Positions 44,381 to 54,485 of a stretch of DNA of 64,000 nt are shown one piece after another. The stretch's first letter is position 1. Every line of letters begins with the position of its first letter. The stretch is from an uncultured Verrucomicrobiae bacterium (GTDB taxonomy: Bacteria > Chlamydiota > Chlamydiia > Chlamydiales > JAFEGQ01): NCBI GenBank assembly GCA_963739345.1, contig CAVUAA010000002.1, forward strand, positions 330,713-394,712. Reading direction: 5' to 3'. The notes beneath the pieces were generated by a model. That model was not told where the DNA came from. It ran no database searches and saw only the letters and a program-made list of their open reading frames with translations. The translations under genes and the position numbers were made by a program.

Positions 44381-45250
44381 TCAGAGGTCGAAGGAGTGGT
44401 GTTTGCGTAGGGGGAGCCGGTTTTCTGGGGTGGTGACGGTGAGCTCTGAGGGGCGGTAGTAGAGCTGGTAGGTGAGTTCAGGGGTGTAGGTGTCAAGGAT
44501 GTCGGGGCGGGAGGAGAGGAGCTGCTCGACGTAGGTTTTGAGGAGGGTGGATTTTTCGTTTTGGGAGGCGGCGGCGGCGGTGGCTGTGGTCTCGGTGTTG
44601 TAGCTTTCGATGAGGGCTTCACGGCGCGCGATGATGGCGTCGGCGATGGGGGGGGCGTCGAAGATGGCGATGAGGAGGGGGCGGGGAGCATGGGCGATGT
44701 TGATTTGGGGCTCGCCAAAGGTGAGGAGGTCGAGGAGTTGGGTGCGGAGAAGGGTGACCCAGTGGGGATGGAGGTCGCTTAGGTCGATGGTGGCGAGGTG
44801 TTCGGCAAGGGTGGGATGGGTGCCGGGGAGCTTGGCGAGGAGCGCTTCAACAACTTGGCCATTGAGGGTGTGATCGGGATGGAAGGTGTTAAGGAGGTTG
44901 TGGAGGGTTTGGGCGTAGAGGGTTTTGCGGGCAGAGTCGCCCGCTTCGAGGAGGGGATCGAGGTTGAGGCGAGAGGGAAACTGGGGGAGGGGGCGCCGCT
45001 GTTTTACTCGGGGAGCGGAGGGGGCGCCTTTTGTTAAAGGATCGGCGCGGGGAGTGAGTGAGCGGAGTGATTCTTGGAGTTTTAGCTGGTAGAAGGCGGA
45101 TTGGAACTTGGATTCGAGGGTGCGGGCGCTGTCGGAGTGATCGGTGAGGGTGTCGACAGTGAGATCGCGGTCGATGGCCTGGTGGAAGGATGAGAGGCCA
45201 AGGATGGCAAGGAGAAGGAGGAGGGCAATGGTGATGGGGAGGGTGTTCAT
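44381..45250 (-). CDS. membrane-anchored protein, last gene of the T2SS operon (GspK-like position)
   Basis: N-terminal TM MNTLPITIALLLLLAILGLSS. 4-nt overlap with the upstream pseudopilin gene. Confidence 0.55.
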   Translation of the reverse strand: MNTLPITIALLLLLAILGLSSFHQAIDRDLTVDTLTDHSDSARTLESKFQSAFYQLKLQESLRSLTPRADPLTKGAPSAPRVKQRRPLPQFPSRLNLDPLLEAGDSARKTLYAQTLHNLLNTFHPDHTLNGQVVEALLAKLPGTHPTLAEHLATIDLSDLHPHWVTLLRTQLLDLLTFGEPQINIAHAPRPLLIAIFDAPPIADAIIARREALIESYNTETTATAAAASQNEKSTLLKTYVEQLLSSRPDILDTYTPELTYQLYYRPSELTVTTPENRLPLRKHHSFDL

Positions 45251-45798
45251 CGGTGGTACCTCACCGGCTTGTTAGCATTGGGAACGGGGTAGGTGAAGGT
45301 GAGGGGGTCGGTGGTGATCTTGATGAGGGTGGGAAGTTCATCGCGGGACCAGCTGTCGGTCCACCCCTCCTCTCGTTCGTAGAATTCGAAGGATAGCTTG
45401 TTGGTTTTGGTGAGGATCTCGCGCCGCTCTGGTAGGTTGGGACGCTCCCACCTGTTGGGAGAGGGGGTGGTGCGGAGGACGAGGTAGCCATCTTCTAGGG
45501 CAAGCTGACCCACCACTTCTGCGGAGAAGAGGGGGTCGTCGTCCACTTCGTTATGAAAGTGGAAGGTGAGCGAGTGGCCGTCGCTTGTGACGCGTGGATC
45601 GGTGGCGGAGGTGTTGGGGATGAGCTGGGTGAGGCGGGTGTGGAGGGCGTGAGTTTCGATGGCGGGCCACAGCTTTTCGCCGGCAGCAATATGAGCGTTG
45701 GAGGCGCGGAAGTAGGAGGAGAGGAGGAGGGAGAGGAGGCCGGCGGCAAGCGCAAGGGCAACGACGGCTTCTAGGAGGGTGGCGTGACGCTTTTTCAT
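45247..45798 (-). CDS. minor pseudopilin-like protein
   Basis: Start at ATG 45798. Prepilin-type N-terminus MKKRHATLLEAVVALALAAGLL (Glu at +5). Confidence 0.6.
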   Translation of the reverse strand: MKKRHATLLEAVVALALAAGLLSLLLSSYFRASNAHIAAGEKLWPAIETHALHTRLTQLIPNTSATDPRVTSDGHSLTFHFHNEVDDDPLFSAEVVGQLALEDGYLVLRTTPSPNRWERPNLPERREILTKTNKLSFEFYEREEGWTDSWSRDELPTLIKITTDPLTFTYPVPNANKPVRYHR

Positions 45799-45909
45799 GT
45801 GGCCACGTCGGGGTCGATTTGTTTTAAGTTCTTCTGCGGAAGATATTTGCATAAGAGCATCTTACCATGCTTCTATTCGCTTGCCAAGGGTGGGAGGCAG
45901 GGCTAAGAG

Positions 45910-46029
45910 TTTGGGGTCAGGCCTGACATCATGACATTGGTCAAAAAATATTGTTTCGAACGAGTCTTTTCATCTAAATCAGGCAAGATAATATTTGAGA
46001 GATGTCATGATGTCAGGCCTGACCCCAAA
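45910..46029. repeat. MITE-like 120-bp element with perfect 28-bp terminal inverted repeats
   Basis: tttggggtcaggcctgacatcatgacat (45910-45937) and its exact reverse complement (46002-46029) flank a 64-bp AT-rich core. It lies between two pseudopilin genes. Confidence 0.7.
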
Positions 46030-46112
46030 TTTTGCGGCTATCTCGCCATATCCCGCCATTAAAATGGCTGGATTTGGCGGGATATGGCTGGGTTCTTATA
46101 TCTAGTTAATTA

Positions 46113-46523
46113 TTAACTGTTTGCGACAATGTCGGGGTAGATGCGCTCAGCGAAGAGTTGGTATTTGTAGTCTTGGTCGAGGTGGATGGTGATCGCAAGG
46201 AGCCGGTAGGTGGCGCCATCTCGACCAGTATTAGTCCGTTTGCGGAACTTGGTTATCTCGGAAATGGTGTAGGTGCAGTCGTCAAGAGTGCCGGTGTAGT
46301 CTGTCCCTTTGCGCAGAGCGTTCCAGGGGATGGTGTTGTCATAGAGGAGGTCGCGCACTTCAGTGAAGGCTTGTTCTGCGCGGAACTGGGTGTTGAGGGT
46401 GTGGATGTGGGTGGCATCGCGGCGGGCGGCAGCGAAGAGGGGGCGGAGGAGGGGGATGGCGCAGAGGGCAACAAGGGCCATAGCGATCACCACTTCTAAG
46501 AGGAGATAGGGTCTTTTTTTCAT
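46113..46523 (-). CDS. minor pseudopilin-like protein
   Basis: MKKRPYLLLEVVIAMALVALCAIPLL prepilin-type N-terminus. Confidence 0.6.
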   Translation of the reverse strand: MKKRPYLLLEVVIAMALVALCAIPLLRPLFAAARRDATHIHTLNTQFRAEQAFTEVRDLLYDNTIPWNALRKGTDYTGTLDDCTYTISEITKFRKRTNTGRDGATYRLLAITIHLDQDYKYQLFAERIYPDIVANS

Positions 46524-46930
46524 GAGCGGGCAATCCGAGTTGGGTAGCCGGGAAGGGAAATGGTGGCGGTGCGGCCGCGGGTGGAGGTGAGGGTGAGGGT
46601 GCCGTGAGGGAGCTCGTGGCGGCGGTGGGCGGGGAAGTGGAGGGTGTGGTGGGAGAGGGAGGCGATGTTGGTGAGGCGGAGCGGGGGAAGCTGGGCGGGG
46701 GTGAGGTGGACGGAGGTGGGGGTGAGGTGGACGGTGAAGTCGGCGTCGCGGCAGATCATGAGCTCTTGGGCGAGGTTGAGGCGGGAGGCGATGGCATCGA
46801 CGCTCGCCTCAAACCGGCGGTTTGAGACGGCGCGGGCGGTGGAGAGGCCGATGGCGCCCGCCGCAAGGGCGACGAGCGTCATGACGAGGAGGGTCTCAAG
46901 AAGGGTGAACGGTTTTAGCCGAGGTGACAC
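46520..46930 (-). CDS. minor pseudopilin (GspH-like)
   Basis: MSPRLKPFTLLETLLVMTLVALAAGAIGL; canonical FTLLE prepilin motif. Confidence 0.65.
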   Translation of the reverse strand: MSPRLKPFTLLETLLVMTLVALAAGAIGLSTARAVSNRRFEASVDAIASRLNLAQELMICRDADFTVHLTPTSVHLTPAQLPPLRLTNIASLSHHTLHFPAHRRHELPHGTLTLTSTRGRTATISLPGYPTRIARS

Positions 46931-47322
46931 TCGTGGTCCTGGGCGTCGGGGTGCCGCTTCTTGTAGATCTCGGTGTATTTTTGGGAGGTGACGATGAGGT
47001 CGTCGTTATTGCGGTGGTCTTTGCCGACTTCTACGTTGTAGAGCTCGCCCCATCCATCGCGGACGAGCTGTTTGGGTTTGGCGGCGAGGGGGGAGTCTTT
47101 GATCTTCTGTTCCCAGGTGGCTTGGACGTCGGTGATGGTGTTGCCGCGGGCCACCTCAAGGGAGAGGATGTTGTAGACCTGGGCGCCACCTTGCTGGGTT
47201 TTGAAGATTTTGCCCTCTTCGAGGCTGCCCCGCATGTTGTAGGCGACGACCGATCCTATAAGGCCGATGATGACGATGACGATCATCACTTCGATGAGTG
47301 TTAGGTGTCTTTTTTTCTTCAT
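46915..47322 (-). CDS. gspG: type II secretion major pseudopilin GspG
   Basis: MKKKRHLTLIEVMIVIVIIGLIGSVV; DGWGELY resembles the GspG motif DPWGxxY. Confidence 0.75.
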   Translation of the reverse strand: MKKKRHLTLIEVMIVIVIIGLIGSVVAYNMRGSLEEGKIFKTQQGGAQVYNILSLEVARGNTITDVQATWEQKIKDSPLAAKPKQLVRDGWGELYNVEVGKDHRNNDDLIVTSQKYTEIYKKRHPDAQDHECHLG

Positions 47323-47334
47323 GGGGTTCTTCTC

Positions 47335-48489
47335 CTAAAAAAATGAACTAACGTCTGTGAGCGGCAACAAGACCGCGAGCATGATGATTCCTACAATGCC
47401 CCCCATCACAAGGAGGATGGCGGGCTGGGCGAGGGCGGTCAGGCGGGTGAGCGTCCGTTCAACCTCTCCCTCATAGAGGTCGGCGATCTGGGTGAGCATG
47501 GGCTTTAAGTCGCCGCTTTCCTCACCAACGCGGAGCATTCTCCCCACTAGTTTGGGGATTAGGGGATTTTTTTGCAGCTCTGCTGCGAGAGAGCCTCCCT
47601 CAATGACCCGTTTTTCCGCGTGCTTGATGGCGGCGGCGAGGGCGGGATTGGGGATCACCTGGCGGGCGAGCTGGAGGGAGTCGATGAGGGGGAGGCCCCC
47701 CTGTTGGAGGGTGGAGAGGGTGCGGGAGAAACGGGCGAGGGAGCTTTGGATGATGAGGGTGCGGAAGAGGGGGAGGCGGAAGGCGAGGGCGGGTGCGTGG
47801 CGGCGGATGAAAAAACCTCCGATGGCGAGGAGGGGAATGTAGATGGGCCAGGCGCGGGAGAGGAAGTGGCTGACGGCTAGCACGGCGGCGGTGAATGAGG
47901 ATAGCGTGCGCCCTTCGAAAAGGTTTTCGATGGAGGGGATGGCAAAGGTGAGGAGGAGGAAGATGACGAGGGTGCAGAAGGAGGCGATGACGGCGGGATA
48001 GATGAGGGCGGTGATGAGCTGTTTGCGGGCGTGGAGTTGTTTAGAGAGGAGGGAGGCGAGGCGGTCGAGGACGGTGTCGAGGGCGCCAGAGGCTTCGCCG
48101 GCGGCGACCATGGCGCAGTAGAGGGAATCGAAGCTTGTGGGGTGGGCGCGAAGGGCGTCGGAGAGGCTAGTGCCTCCTCGGATCCTCTCACAGAGAGAGG
48201 CAATGATGCGGTGGCACTTCTCGCCTAGCATCTGCTCTTCGAGGGCGGTGAGGCTCTCGAAGACGGGCATCCCTGCTTTAAGAAGGGTGGCGAGCTGTGT
48301 GGTGAAGGTGACGAGCGGTTGCCCTCGGAGGGAGTGTTTGCGGTCGGAGCGCGCTTCGGAGGCGAGGTGGACCACCATGATTCCTTGTGAAAGGAGCTTG
48401 CTCTTGGCTTCGACGAGGGAGAAGGCGTCGATGACGCCGCGGAGGCGGCGGCCGGAGCTGTTGAGGTAGCGGTAGGAGTAGAGGGGCAT
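47335..48489 (-). CDS. gspF: type II secretion inner-membrane platform protein GspF
   Basis: Start at ATG 48489 (1-nt overlap with the gspE stop). Two T2SSF-type repeats (LATLLKAGMPVFESL, LSTLQQGGLPLIDSL). Confidence 0.85.
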   Translation of the reverse strand: MPLYSYRYLNSSGRRLRGVIDAFSLVEAKSKLLSQGIMVVHLASEARSDRKHSLRGQPLVTFTTQLATLLKAGMPVFESLTALEEQMLGEKCHRIIASLCERIRGGTSLSDALRAHPTSFDSLYCAMVAAGEASGALDTVLDRLASLLSKQLHARKQLITALIYPAVIASFCTLVIFLLLTFAIPSIENLFEGRTLSSFTAAVLAVSHFLSRAWPIYIPLLAIGGFFIRRHAPALAFRLPLFRTLIIQSSLARFSRTLSTLQQGGLPLIDSLQLARQVIPNPALAAAIKHAEKRVIEGGSLAAELQKNPLIPKLVGRMLRVGEESGDLKPMLTQIADLYEGEVERTLTRLTALAQPAILLVMGGIVGIIMLAVLLPLTDVSSFF

Positions 48490-49952
48490 TAGATAGACCT
48501 CGTGACGCGGAGCACTTCTGCGTGCGTGGTGAGGCCTTGCTCGACCAGTTCGTCGCCGTTGCTGGCCAGTGTTTGCATGCCGGATTTGAGTGCAGTTTTG
48601 CGGAGAATGAGCGCGTCTGCGCTTTTGACCACCTGCTGGCGGATGGCGTTGTCGACGGGCATCAGCTCGTAGAGGCCGTGCCGCCCTTTGTAGCCAGATT
48701 GGAAGCAGGTGGGGCAGCCGTCGCCACCGCAGGTGGAACAAAGTGTGCGGACGAGCCGCTGAGCGAGAACGCCGACGACGGTAGAAGAGAGGAGGTAGGG
48801 CTCGATCCCCATGTCGACGAGGCGGGTGAGGGCGGAGGGGGCGTCGTTGGTGTGGAGGGTGGCGAGGACGAGGTGGCCGGTCAGAGACGCTTGAATGGCA
48901 ATCTCGGCGGTCTCTTTGTCGCGGATCTCACCCACCATGATGACGTCGGGGTCTTGACGGAGGATGTGGCGGAGACCGGCGGCGAAGGTGAGGCCAATTT
49001 TTGGGCGGACGCCAATCTGAGCGACGCCGGAGAGTTTGTATTCGATCGGATCTTCGATGGTCATGATGTTGATCGCTTCTGAGTCGATCTCGGTCAGAGC
49101 ACTGTAGAGGGTGGTGGTCTTGCCGCTTCCGGTGGGGCCGGTGACGAGGAGAATTCCCTCAGGGAGAGTGATCATATCGCGCAAGCTTGTAGCGGTGGTC
49201 TTGTTCATGCCGAGCTGGTCGAGGCCGACGACGATGTTTCCCCGGTCAAGGATGCGGAGGACGATTCTTTCGCCGCCGGAGACGGGGAGGGTGCTGACGC
49301 GGAGGTCGATCTCACGGCCGCCGGTTCGCAGTTTGATCCGGCCATCTTGAGGGAGGCGGTGTTCGGCGATGTCGAGGCGGGCCATCACTTTGAGGCGGGT
49401 CATCAGCTGCGCTTGATAGCCGCGGGGGGGTGCGTGGCGGATTTGGAGGACGCCGTCGATCCGGTAGCGGACGCGGAGGTCGTTTTCGAGAGGTTCGAAG
49501 TGGATGTCGGAGGCGCCCTGATCAACCGCTTCGCTGAGGATTCGATTGATGAGCTTGATGATGGGGGCGGTGTTCTCCGAATCGTGGAGGTCGAACACTT
49601 CGGCTGCCTCCTCGCCATTTTCGCTCCCCATCTCGGCGAGCAGCTCGGTGGCCGTTCCCCCCGATTGGACATATTCTTGGACGGCGGGGAGGAGAAGCTC
49701 TTTTGGGCAGTATACTGCCTCGACAGGACGGCCAAGAAGGTGGTGGAGCTCTTCTGTCGCTTCGATGTCAAGCGGATCGGCGAGGGCGACGATGAGGGTT
49801 TTCCCCTCCTCGCGAAGCGGTAATAGCGTGTGTTGGTTGAGAAATGAGCGGGGGACGAGGCCTGCGGGAACAGAGGAGGTGGGATAGTCGAGACAGAGTT
49901 CCATCTCAAGCTCACGAGCCACGGCCAGGCGGGGGTCTTCAATTGCCTCCAC
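48489..49952 (-). CDS. gspE: type II secretion ATPase GspE
   Basis: Walker A GPTGSGKTT, Asp/His boxes, Walker B IMVGEIRD, and tetracysteine CSTCGGDGCPTC. Confidence 0.92.
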   Translation of the reverse strand: MEAIEDPRLAVARELEMELCLDYPTSSVPAGLVPRSFLNQHTLLPLREEGKTLIVALADPLDIEATEELHHLLGRPVEAVYCPKELLLPAVQEYVQSGGTATELLAEMGSENGEEAAEVFDLHDSENTAPIIKLINRILSEAVDQGASDIHFEPLENDLRVRYRIDGVLQIRHAPPRGYQAQLMTRLKVMARLDIAEHRLPQDGRIKLRTGGREIDLRVSTLPVSGGERIVLRILDRGNIVVGLDQLGMNKTTATSLRDMITLPEGILLVTGPTGSGKTTTLYSALTEIDSEAINIMTIEDPIEYKLSGVAQIGVRPKIGLTFAAGLRHILRQDPDVIMVGEIRDKETAEIAIQASLTGHLVLATLHTNDAPSALTRLVDMGIEPYLLSSTVVGVLAQRLVRTLCSTCGGDGCPTCFQSGYKGRHGLYELMPVDNAIRQQVVKSADALILRKTALKSGMQTLASNGDELVEQGLTTHAEVLRVTRSI

Positions 49953-49954
49953 GG

Positions 49955-52183
49955 CTAATCTCCTAAGATGGCTTGGAGGCTCCGCGCAAAGAGCTCTTTC
50001 TTCTCTCCATCGCGCGCCTCGCCCAATTTATCGAGGAATTCGGGGATATCTCCCTGCCGCTTCCCGAGATCTTCGGTCCGCATCCGGCGGATCTCGGCAA
50101 CCGGATCTTCGATGATGTGGGGGGTGATGAAGATGTACATGTCATCCTCATTGTCGCGGGAGCGCGACGACGAGATGAGCTTGCCGATGCCAGGAAGTTC
50201 GCTGATGAAGGGGAGGGGCTGTTCGGATTGATCTTCGCGCATTCGGCTTCGGAGGCCGCCGAGGACGATGGTCTCGCCGTCGCGTACTCGCACTTCGTTC
50301 TTGATCCTGCGGCGGATGACGGGTGGGCGGTCGTCCTTCGACGCCTTGGGGGTGTCGAAGAGGACGTCGGCGTCGAGGGTGATGTAGCTGACTGGGTGGT
50401 CGCCGGCAGCCCCCTCCCAGGCGGTGGTGATTGAGGGGGTGAGGGTCATGGTGATCCCGTATTGCTGCCTAGCAAACGACTGACGGTCTTTATACTTTGG
50501 ATCGAGGGAGGCGCCAGTGTCGATGGAGATCTCTTCAACCAGCTGGACCGTTGCTGGGACATGATTAAGGGTGGTGACGGAGGGGTTGGCGTTGATGCGG
50601 ATGTCTTCTTGACCGAGCAAGAAGCTGTAGGCGATGTCGTAGGCGGGGAGCGCTGAGTGGGCCACCCGTTCGATGAAGAACTGGAGGATGCCGGTGCCGC
50701 CGGCGTGGTCGAAGCCGGTGCCGGTCCGGTTGGATTGGTTGTTCGCGCCCGATCCAATTTTCAGAACATCGAGGCCAAATCGACTCCGATCTTCTGTCTT
50801 TCGCTCGAAAAAGAGGACGTCGATTTTCACCATCCGCTTGGGGATGTCGAGTTGGTGGAGGAGGGTTTTGAGTTTGGGCAGCAGCTCTTGCTCTACCACC
50901 ATGATGATGGTGCCGGTCTTTGGGTAGACGACGAAATTGCCCGACACTTCGGCCCTCTCCGACCTTTTCTCCGGTCGCTTGCTGGCGACCATTTGGCTAG
51001 TGACGGCTAGTTGACTATCTTTTTTGGCTCCATTCTTCTTCACTTTCACTAGGTCAGAAGGGCTGGCCTGTGGATTGCATTGGAGGAGGTTATAGACGCC
51101 GCTGAGCGCAGTTGCGAGCTCGGAGGCGTCGGAGTGGCGGGCGACGTAGGTGTAGACGGTCATCTGACGGGGGTCGTCGATCTGTCCCTGCACATCGTCG
51201 ATGATCTGCTTGGCGTACCGAATCTCCTCAGCCGGTCCTGAGAGGAAGATCTGGTTAGCATCCATTGCCAATACCTTGAGGGTTGGCTCCTCGCCAAAAT
51301 AGGCGTGGAGCACCGTTTCCATCTCTTTGGCCGAGATCTTGGTGAGAGGAACCATGCTGTACTCTTTTTCGACCGCACTCACTTCAATGAATTCGTAGAT
51401 CTTGAGAAGTTCACTCACCGCTTCCACTGTGCCGAGGAGGAAGAGGTGGCCCCCCACCTGTTCTAGATGAGTCTTGCGGGGGTTGATGAACTTCTCGAGC
51501 ATCTTGGCCACATTGGCGGTATCGGGAGCTGCGGGCGCGAGGACAAAACAGACGCGCCCCTCTCGCGGATAGGTGTCGAGCATCTGCCTCTCAGAGGTGA
51601 CGTAGGCGGCGCTAAGCGGCTCCTGCTCGAGCACATAGAGTTGGCGGAGATAGGGGTTGAGCTGACGGATGCCAATGCCGTTGTTGGTCAAAATGGCGCA
51701 GAGCATCTCGTTCCAGCTCTCGCGAGGGACGGGAAGGTTGGAGGAGATGGAGAGGCGAACGCCTCCCACCTCGGGGGGAATGAGATAGACGTAGTCGGTC
51801 GAGCCGTAGTCGATGATGATCTGCTCGAGAGAGGTCCACGGCTGGTGCCACAGGGCGTAGGCGCCTCCCTTCGACTCCTCGGTGGCCACCCCACGCCACG
51901 CCTCCTCGACCCAAGCGATCTCCTGCTTCACCTCGCGGATTGAGGCGACCAGCGCCTCATACTCCGCATCGCACGCTCCATCTTCGAGGAGCGCCTCGGA
52001 TTGGGCATAGAGCGCTCGCAGCGTGGCGTGGTACTCTTCGAGCTCATGATTGACCTGGCAGAGCTCTCGATAGGTCTCCGCTTTGAGGCCGGCTGACGCT
52101 TCGGCAAGCCCTTGCCGCTTCTCTTCGATTGTTTGACCAAACAGCTTCGTTGATAGGAAGATGAACAGGAGAATGCGCTTCAT
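49955..52183 (-). CDS. gspD: type II secretion secretin GspD with a long N-terminal coiled-coil extension
   Basis: Signal peptide MKRILLFIFLSTKLFG. Secretin C-domain ...ETIVLGGLRS...LPFISELPGIGKLISS...MYIFITPHII. Confidence 0.88.
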   Translation of the reverse strand: MKRILLFIFLSTKLFGQTIEEKRQGLAEASAGLKAETYRELCQVNHELEEYHATLRALYAQSEALLEDGACDAEYEALVASIREVKQEIAWVEEAWRGVATEESKGGAYALWHQPWTSLEQIIIDYGSTDYVYLIPPEVGGVRLSISSNLPVPRESWNEMLCAILTNNGIGIRQLNPYLRQLYVLEQEPLSAAYVTSERQMLDTYPREGRVCFVLAPAAPDTANVAKMLEKFINPRKTHLEQVGGHLFLLGTVEAVSELLKIYEFIEVSAVEKEYSMVPLTKISAKEMETVLHAYFGEEPTLKVLAMDANQIFLSGPAEEIRYAKQIIDDVQGQIDDPRQMTVYTYVARHSDASELATALSGVYNLLQCNPQASPSDLVKVKKNGAKKDSQLAVTSQMVASKRPEKRSERAEVSGNFVVYPKTGTIIMVVEQELLPKLKTLLHQLDIPKRMVKIDVLFFERKTEDRSRFGLDVLKIGSGANNQSNRTGTGFDHAGGTGILQFFIERVAHSALPAYDIAYSFLLGQEDIRINANPSVTTLNHVPATVQLVEEISIDTGASLDPKYKDRQSFARQQYGITMTLTPSITTAWEGAAGDHPVSYITLDADVLFDTPKASKDDRPPVIRRRIKNEVRVRDGETIVLGGLRSRMREDQSEQPLPFISELPGIGKLISSSRSRDNEDDMYIFITPHIIEDPVAEIRRMRTEDLGKRQGDIPEFLDKLGEARDGEKKELFARSLQAILGD

Positions 52184-53529
52184 TCGATCCCCTCCTTAAC
52201 GAGTCCATGAACCAGGTCGGGGAGATCGGCCAGTGTGTACCCATCTTTGGGTGTGGGCTCCATTGGGGGAGGAGGAGGTGGTGGGGAGCTGGTGTGAGAG
52301 GAGAGGGGAATTTGTCGCTCCTCCATCTCCGAGCGAGTCCGGTTGTAGATCTGTGTGAGCAGCATTCCCTTCCCTTCGTGTCGTCCGAGCCCCTCGATCA
52401 CCATCAGCTCCCCTTCCAGCTCGCCGCTCACAAATGCGTCGATCTCCTCGACCGTCTCCAGCTTGTGAAGACCTGCTTCAACGAAGAGAAGCCAGTCGCC
52501 CGGCGCCACATCCACTCGCTGAGCGCCACATTCGAGGACAAACTGCGACCAGGTTTTTGCCGCAACAAAACGGAGGGCATTTCGCATCCCCGTCGCTCCC
52601 CATCCGCTGCGTGATTTCATCAGGCTAAGAGCCATCTTGCCCCGCCCCTCGGCATCCCACAGATCAAAGACCATCAGCCGCTCGTCAAGTTTCCGCAATG
52701 TGAGCAATGGATAGGCCGTCGTCTCCTCTCCCTCTTTTGGATTGGACCACCGCTCATCTTTCCAGATGAGGCTCTCTCCAAGAGCGATAAAGCAGCAGTA
52801 GCCCTCTGCCTCCTCGCCAAAATCAATTCTTTCTCGCCCACGGGCCAGCGCAAACGTCTCGCCGCCGTGGCGTGCGTAGAAAATATCTTGGCCAAACCAG
52901 CGGCACCGCTGCCGCGCAAGGAGGCTATTGTCAACGCGCAGATCACCCAGCATCCAGGTCATCCGTTGGTGGGCTGAGTAGGGGGCTAGCTTCAGCGTGA
53001 ATGCGGCGTGTTCTTGCGGCTCACTCACCACCGTCCCATCGTGCATCCGGAGGCCAACCGCAAACTGGATCTCTCCTTCGTCCTTTGGTTGACTAGGAGT
53101 GACCCACAGACTAGTCTCTCTGTTTTCTGGCGAGAACTGATATTTGCTCTCTTCCCGGTCGAAAAGGAGGTAGCGTCTCTCGCCAACCGGCGCCGAGACT
53201 ACCTCTCCCGTCCCTCGAATGGCCAGGTGGACCACCGGCGCCTCGCGCGACGCGTCGGGCCGCTGATTGATCCCATAGAACATCAGCTCATCACTTAAAT
53301 TCGGAAGCTGCACAGTTGCCGGCTTCCGATGGACCGCAAAGCCGCCCGTCCCCAATGCGGCGTACGCCTCTTCAGGCTGTTTGAAGGGGGATTGGGGAAG
53401 CTCCGGCTCGCGCTTGAGAAGCGCAACCGTATTCACTTTTGGCGTCGTCCACCAAGCGATCGCCGCCCACATAAAGAGGGCAACCGCCACCACGCTTAAG
53501 ATTCGGCTCATCCACGATAACCAGAACAT
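52180..53529 (-). CDS. membrane-anchored hypothetical protein, first gene of the T2SS operon (possible GspC-like role)
   Basis: Start at ATG 53529 or 53511. TM ILSVVAVALFMWAAIAWW. A poly-Pro linker lies near the C-terminus. 4-nt overlap with gspD. Confidence 0.55.
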   Translation of the reverse strand: MFWLSWMSRILSVVAVALFMWAAIAWWTTPKVNTVALLKREPELPQSPFKQPEEAYAALGTGGFAVHRKPATVQLPNLSDELMFYGINQRPDASREAPVVHLAIRGTGEVVSAPVGERRYLLFDREESKYQFSPENRETSLWVTPSQPKDEGEIQFAVGLRMHDGTVVSEPQEHAAFTLKLAPYSAHQRMTWMLGDLRVDNSLLARQRCRWFGQDIFYARHGGETFALARGRERIDFGEEAEGYCCFIALGESLIWKDERWSNPKEGEETTAYPLLTLRKLDERLMVFDLWDAEGRGKMALSLMKSRSGWGATGMRNALRFVAAKTWSQFVLECGAQRVDVAPGDWLLFVEAGLHKLETVEEIDAFVSGELEGELMVIEGLGRHEGKGMLLTQIYNRTRSEMEERQIPLSSHTSSPPPPPPPMEPTPKDGYTLADLPDLVHGLVKEGIE

Positions 53530-53591
53530 ATTACAAACAAAGAGAATAGGGGGTGACGGAGATTCGGTCAATGCGATAGACTTGCAGTCTG

Positions 53592-54485
53592 ATGAGGATG
53601 TCAATACTTCTCAGCGCTGTTTTGTTGTTCAGTTGTTCCGGAAACGACGCAGATCAATGGCGTGCAGAGGCGGTTGGAGAACCGGTCGATTCCGAAATGT
53701 ATTCCGTTAGTTCTCCGTCTATTGAGAAGGTGGAGCGGGAGCCCTATCCGTGGGAGCAGGGGATGGTAGGTGCGCACGCCCGCATCACCAAGGAGTATTT
53801 TCGGTGTAAGGGATCGTCACTCAATCCAATGAGAACAGTCGCAGTGGAGGGGGCAGAGCCGAAATATTTTCACGACTGCGGCGGCTGCAAGCGGCACGGT
53901 CTCCCCCTCTTTGGCGAAAAGGAGGGGGTCTATCCGATCCTCATCGACCTGCTTAATCACGTGCAGGAGAAGACGAGTAAGCGGGTGGTGATCACCTGCG
54001 GTCACAGATGTCCTGATCACAATGGCTATTCAGATCCGTCCAAGTTTAATGAGAATTCGAAGCACATGGTAGGGGCGGAGGTCGATTTCTACGTTCAGGG
54101 GATGGAAGATCAGACAGAAGAGGTGATCGCCATTGTTCTCGACTATTATAGCGATGCGTCGGAGGGAAGCTACCGGGAGTTCAAGAGATACCACAAGGAC
54201 AACACCGACGTTTCCACCCCTCCCTGGTACAACAAAGAAGTTTTCATTAAACTGTATAAACAGGACGAGGGTAGGGACTACGACAATCGGCATCCCTATC
54301 CCTATGTCGGGATTCAGGTTCGCTACAACACTGAAGCAATCCGCATGGGTTGCCTACACCTGGAAAGCGGCACATTACAACTACCGAAGGGAGTGACTGA
54401 TGGAAGAAGAGAAGGGTTGGTTGAAGAGAGTGGTTGGGTTTTGGAAGAAAGAGGTGATCCCCAACTCCCGCGCCGCGTTCGATGA
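53592..54485 (+). CDS. lipoprotein with a peptidase M15A (YcbK/DUF882)-like motif
   Basis: Lipobox LLFSCSG. ITCGHRCPDHNGYS...SKHMVGAEVDFYV resembles the SGYRxxxxN...SxHxxGxAxD zinc-peptidase motif. Confidence 0.5.
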   Translation: MRMSILLSAVLLFSCSGNDADQWRAEAVGEPVDSEMYSVSSPSIEKVEREPYPWEQGMVGAHARITKEYFRCKGSSLNPMRTVAVEGAEPKYFHDCGGCKRHGLPLFGEKEGVYPILIDLLNHVQEKTSKRVVITCGHRCPDHNGYSDPSKFNENSKHMVGAEVDFYVQGMEDQTEEVIAIVLDYYSDASEGSYREFKRYHKDNTDVSTPPWYNKEVFIKLYKQDEGRDYDNRHPYPYVGIQVRYNTEAIRMGCLHLESGTLQLPKGVTDGRREGLVEESGWVLEERGDPQLPRRVR

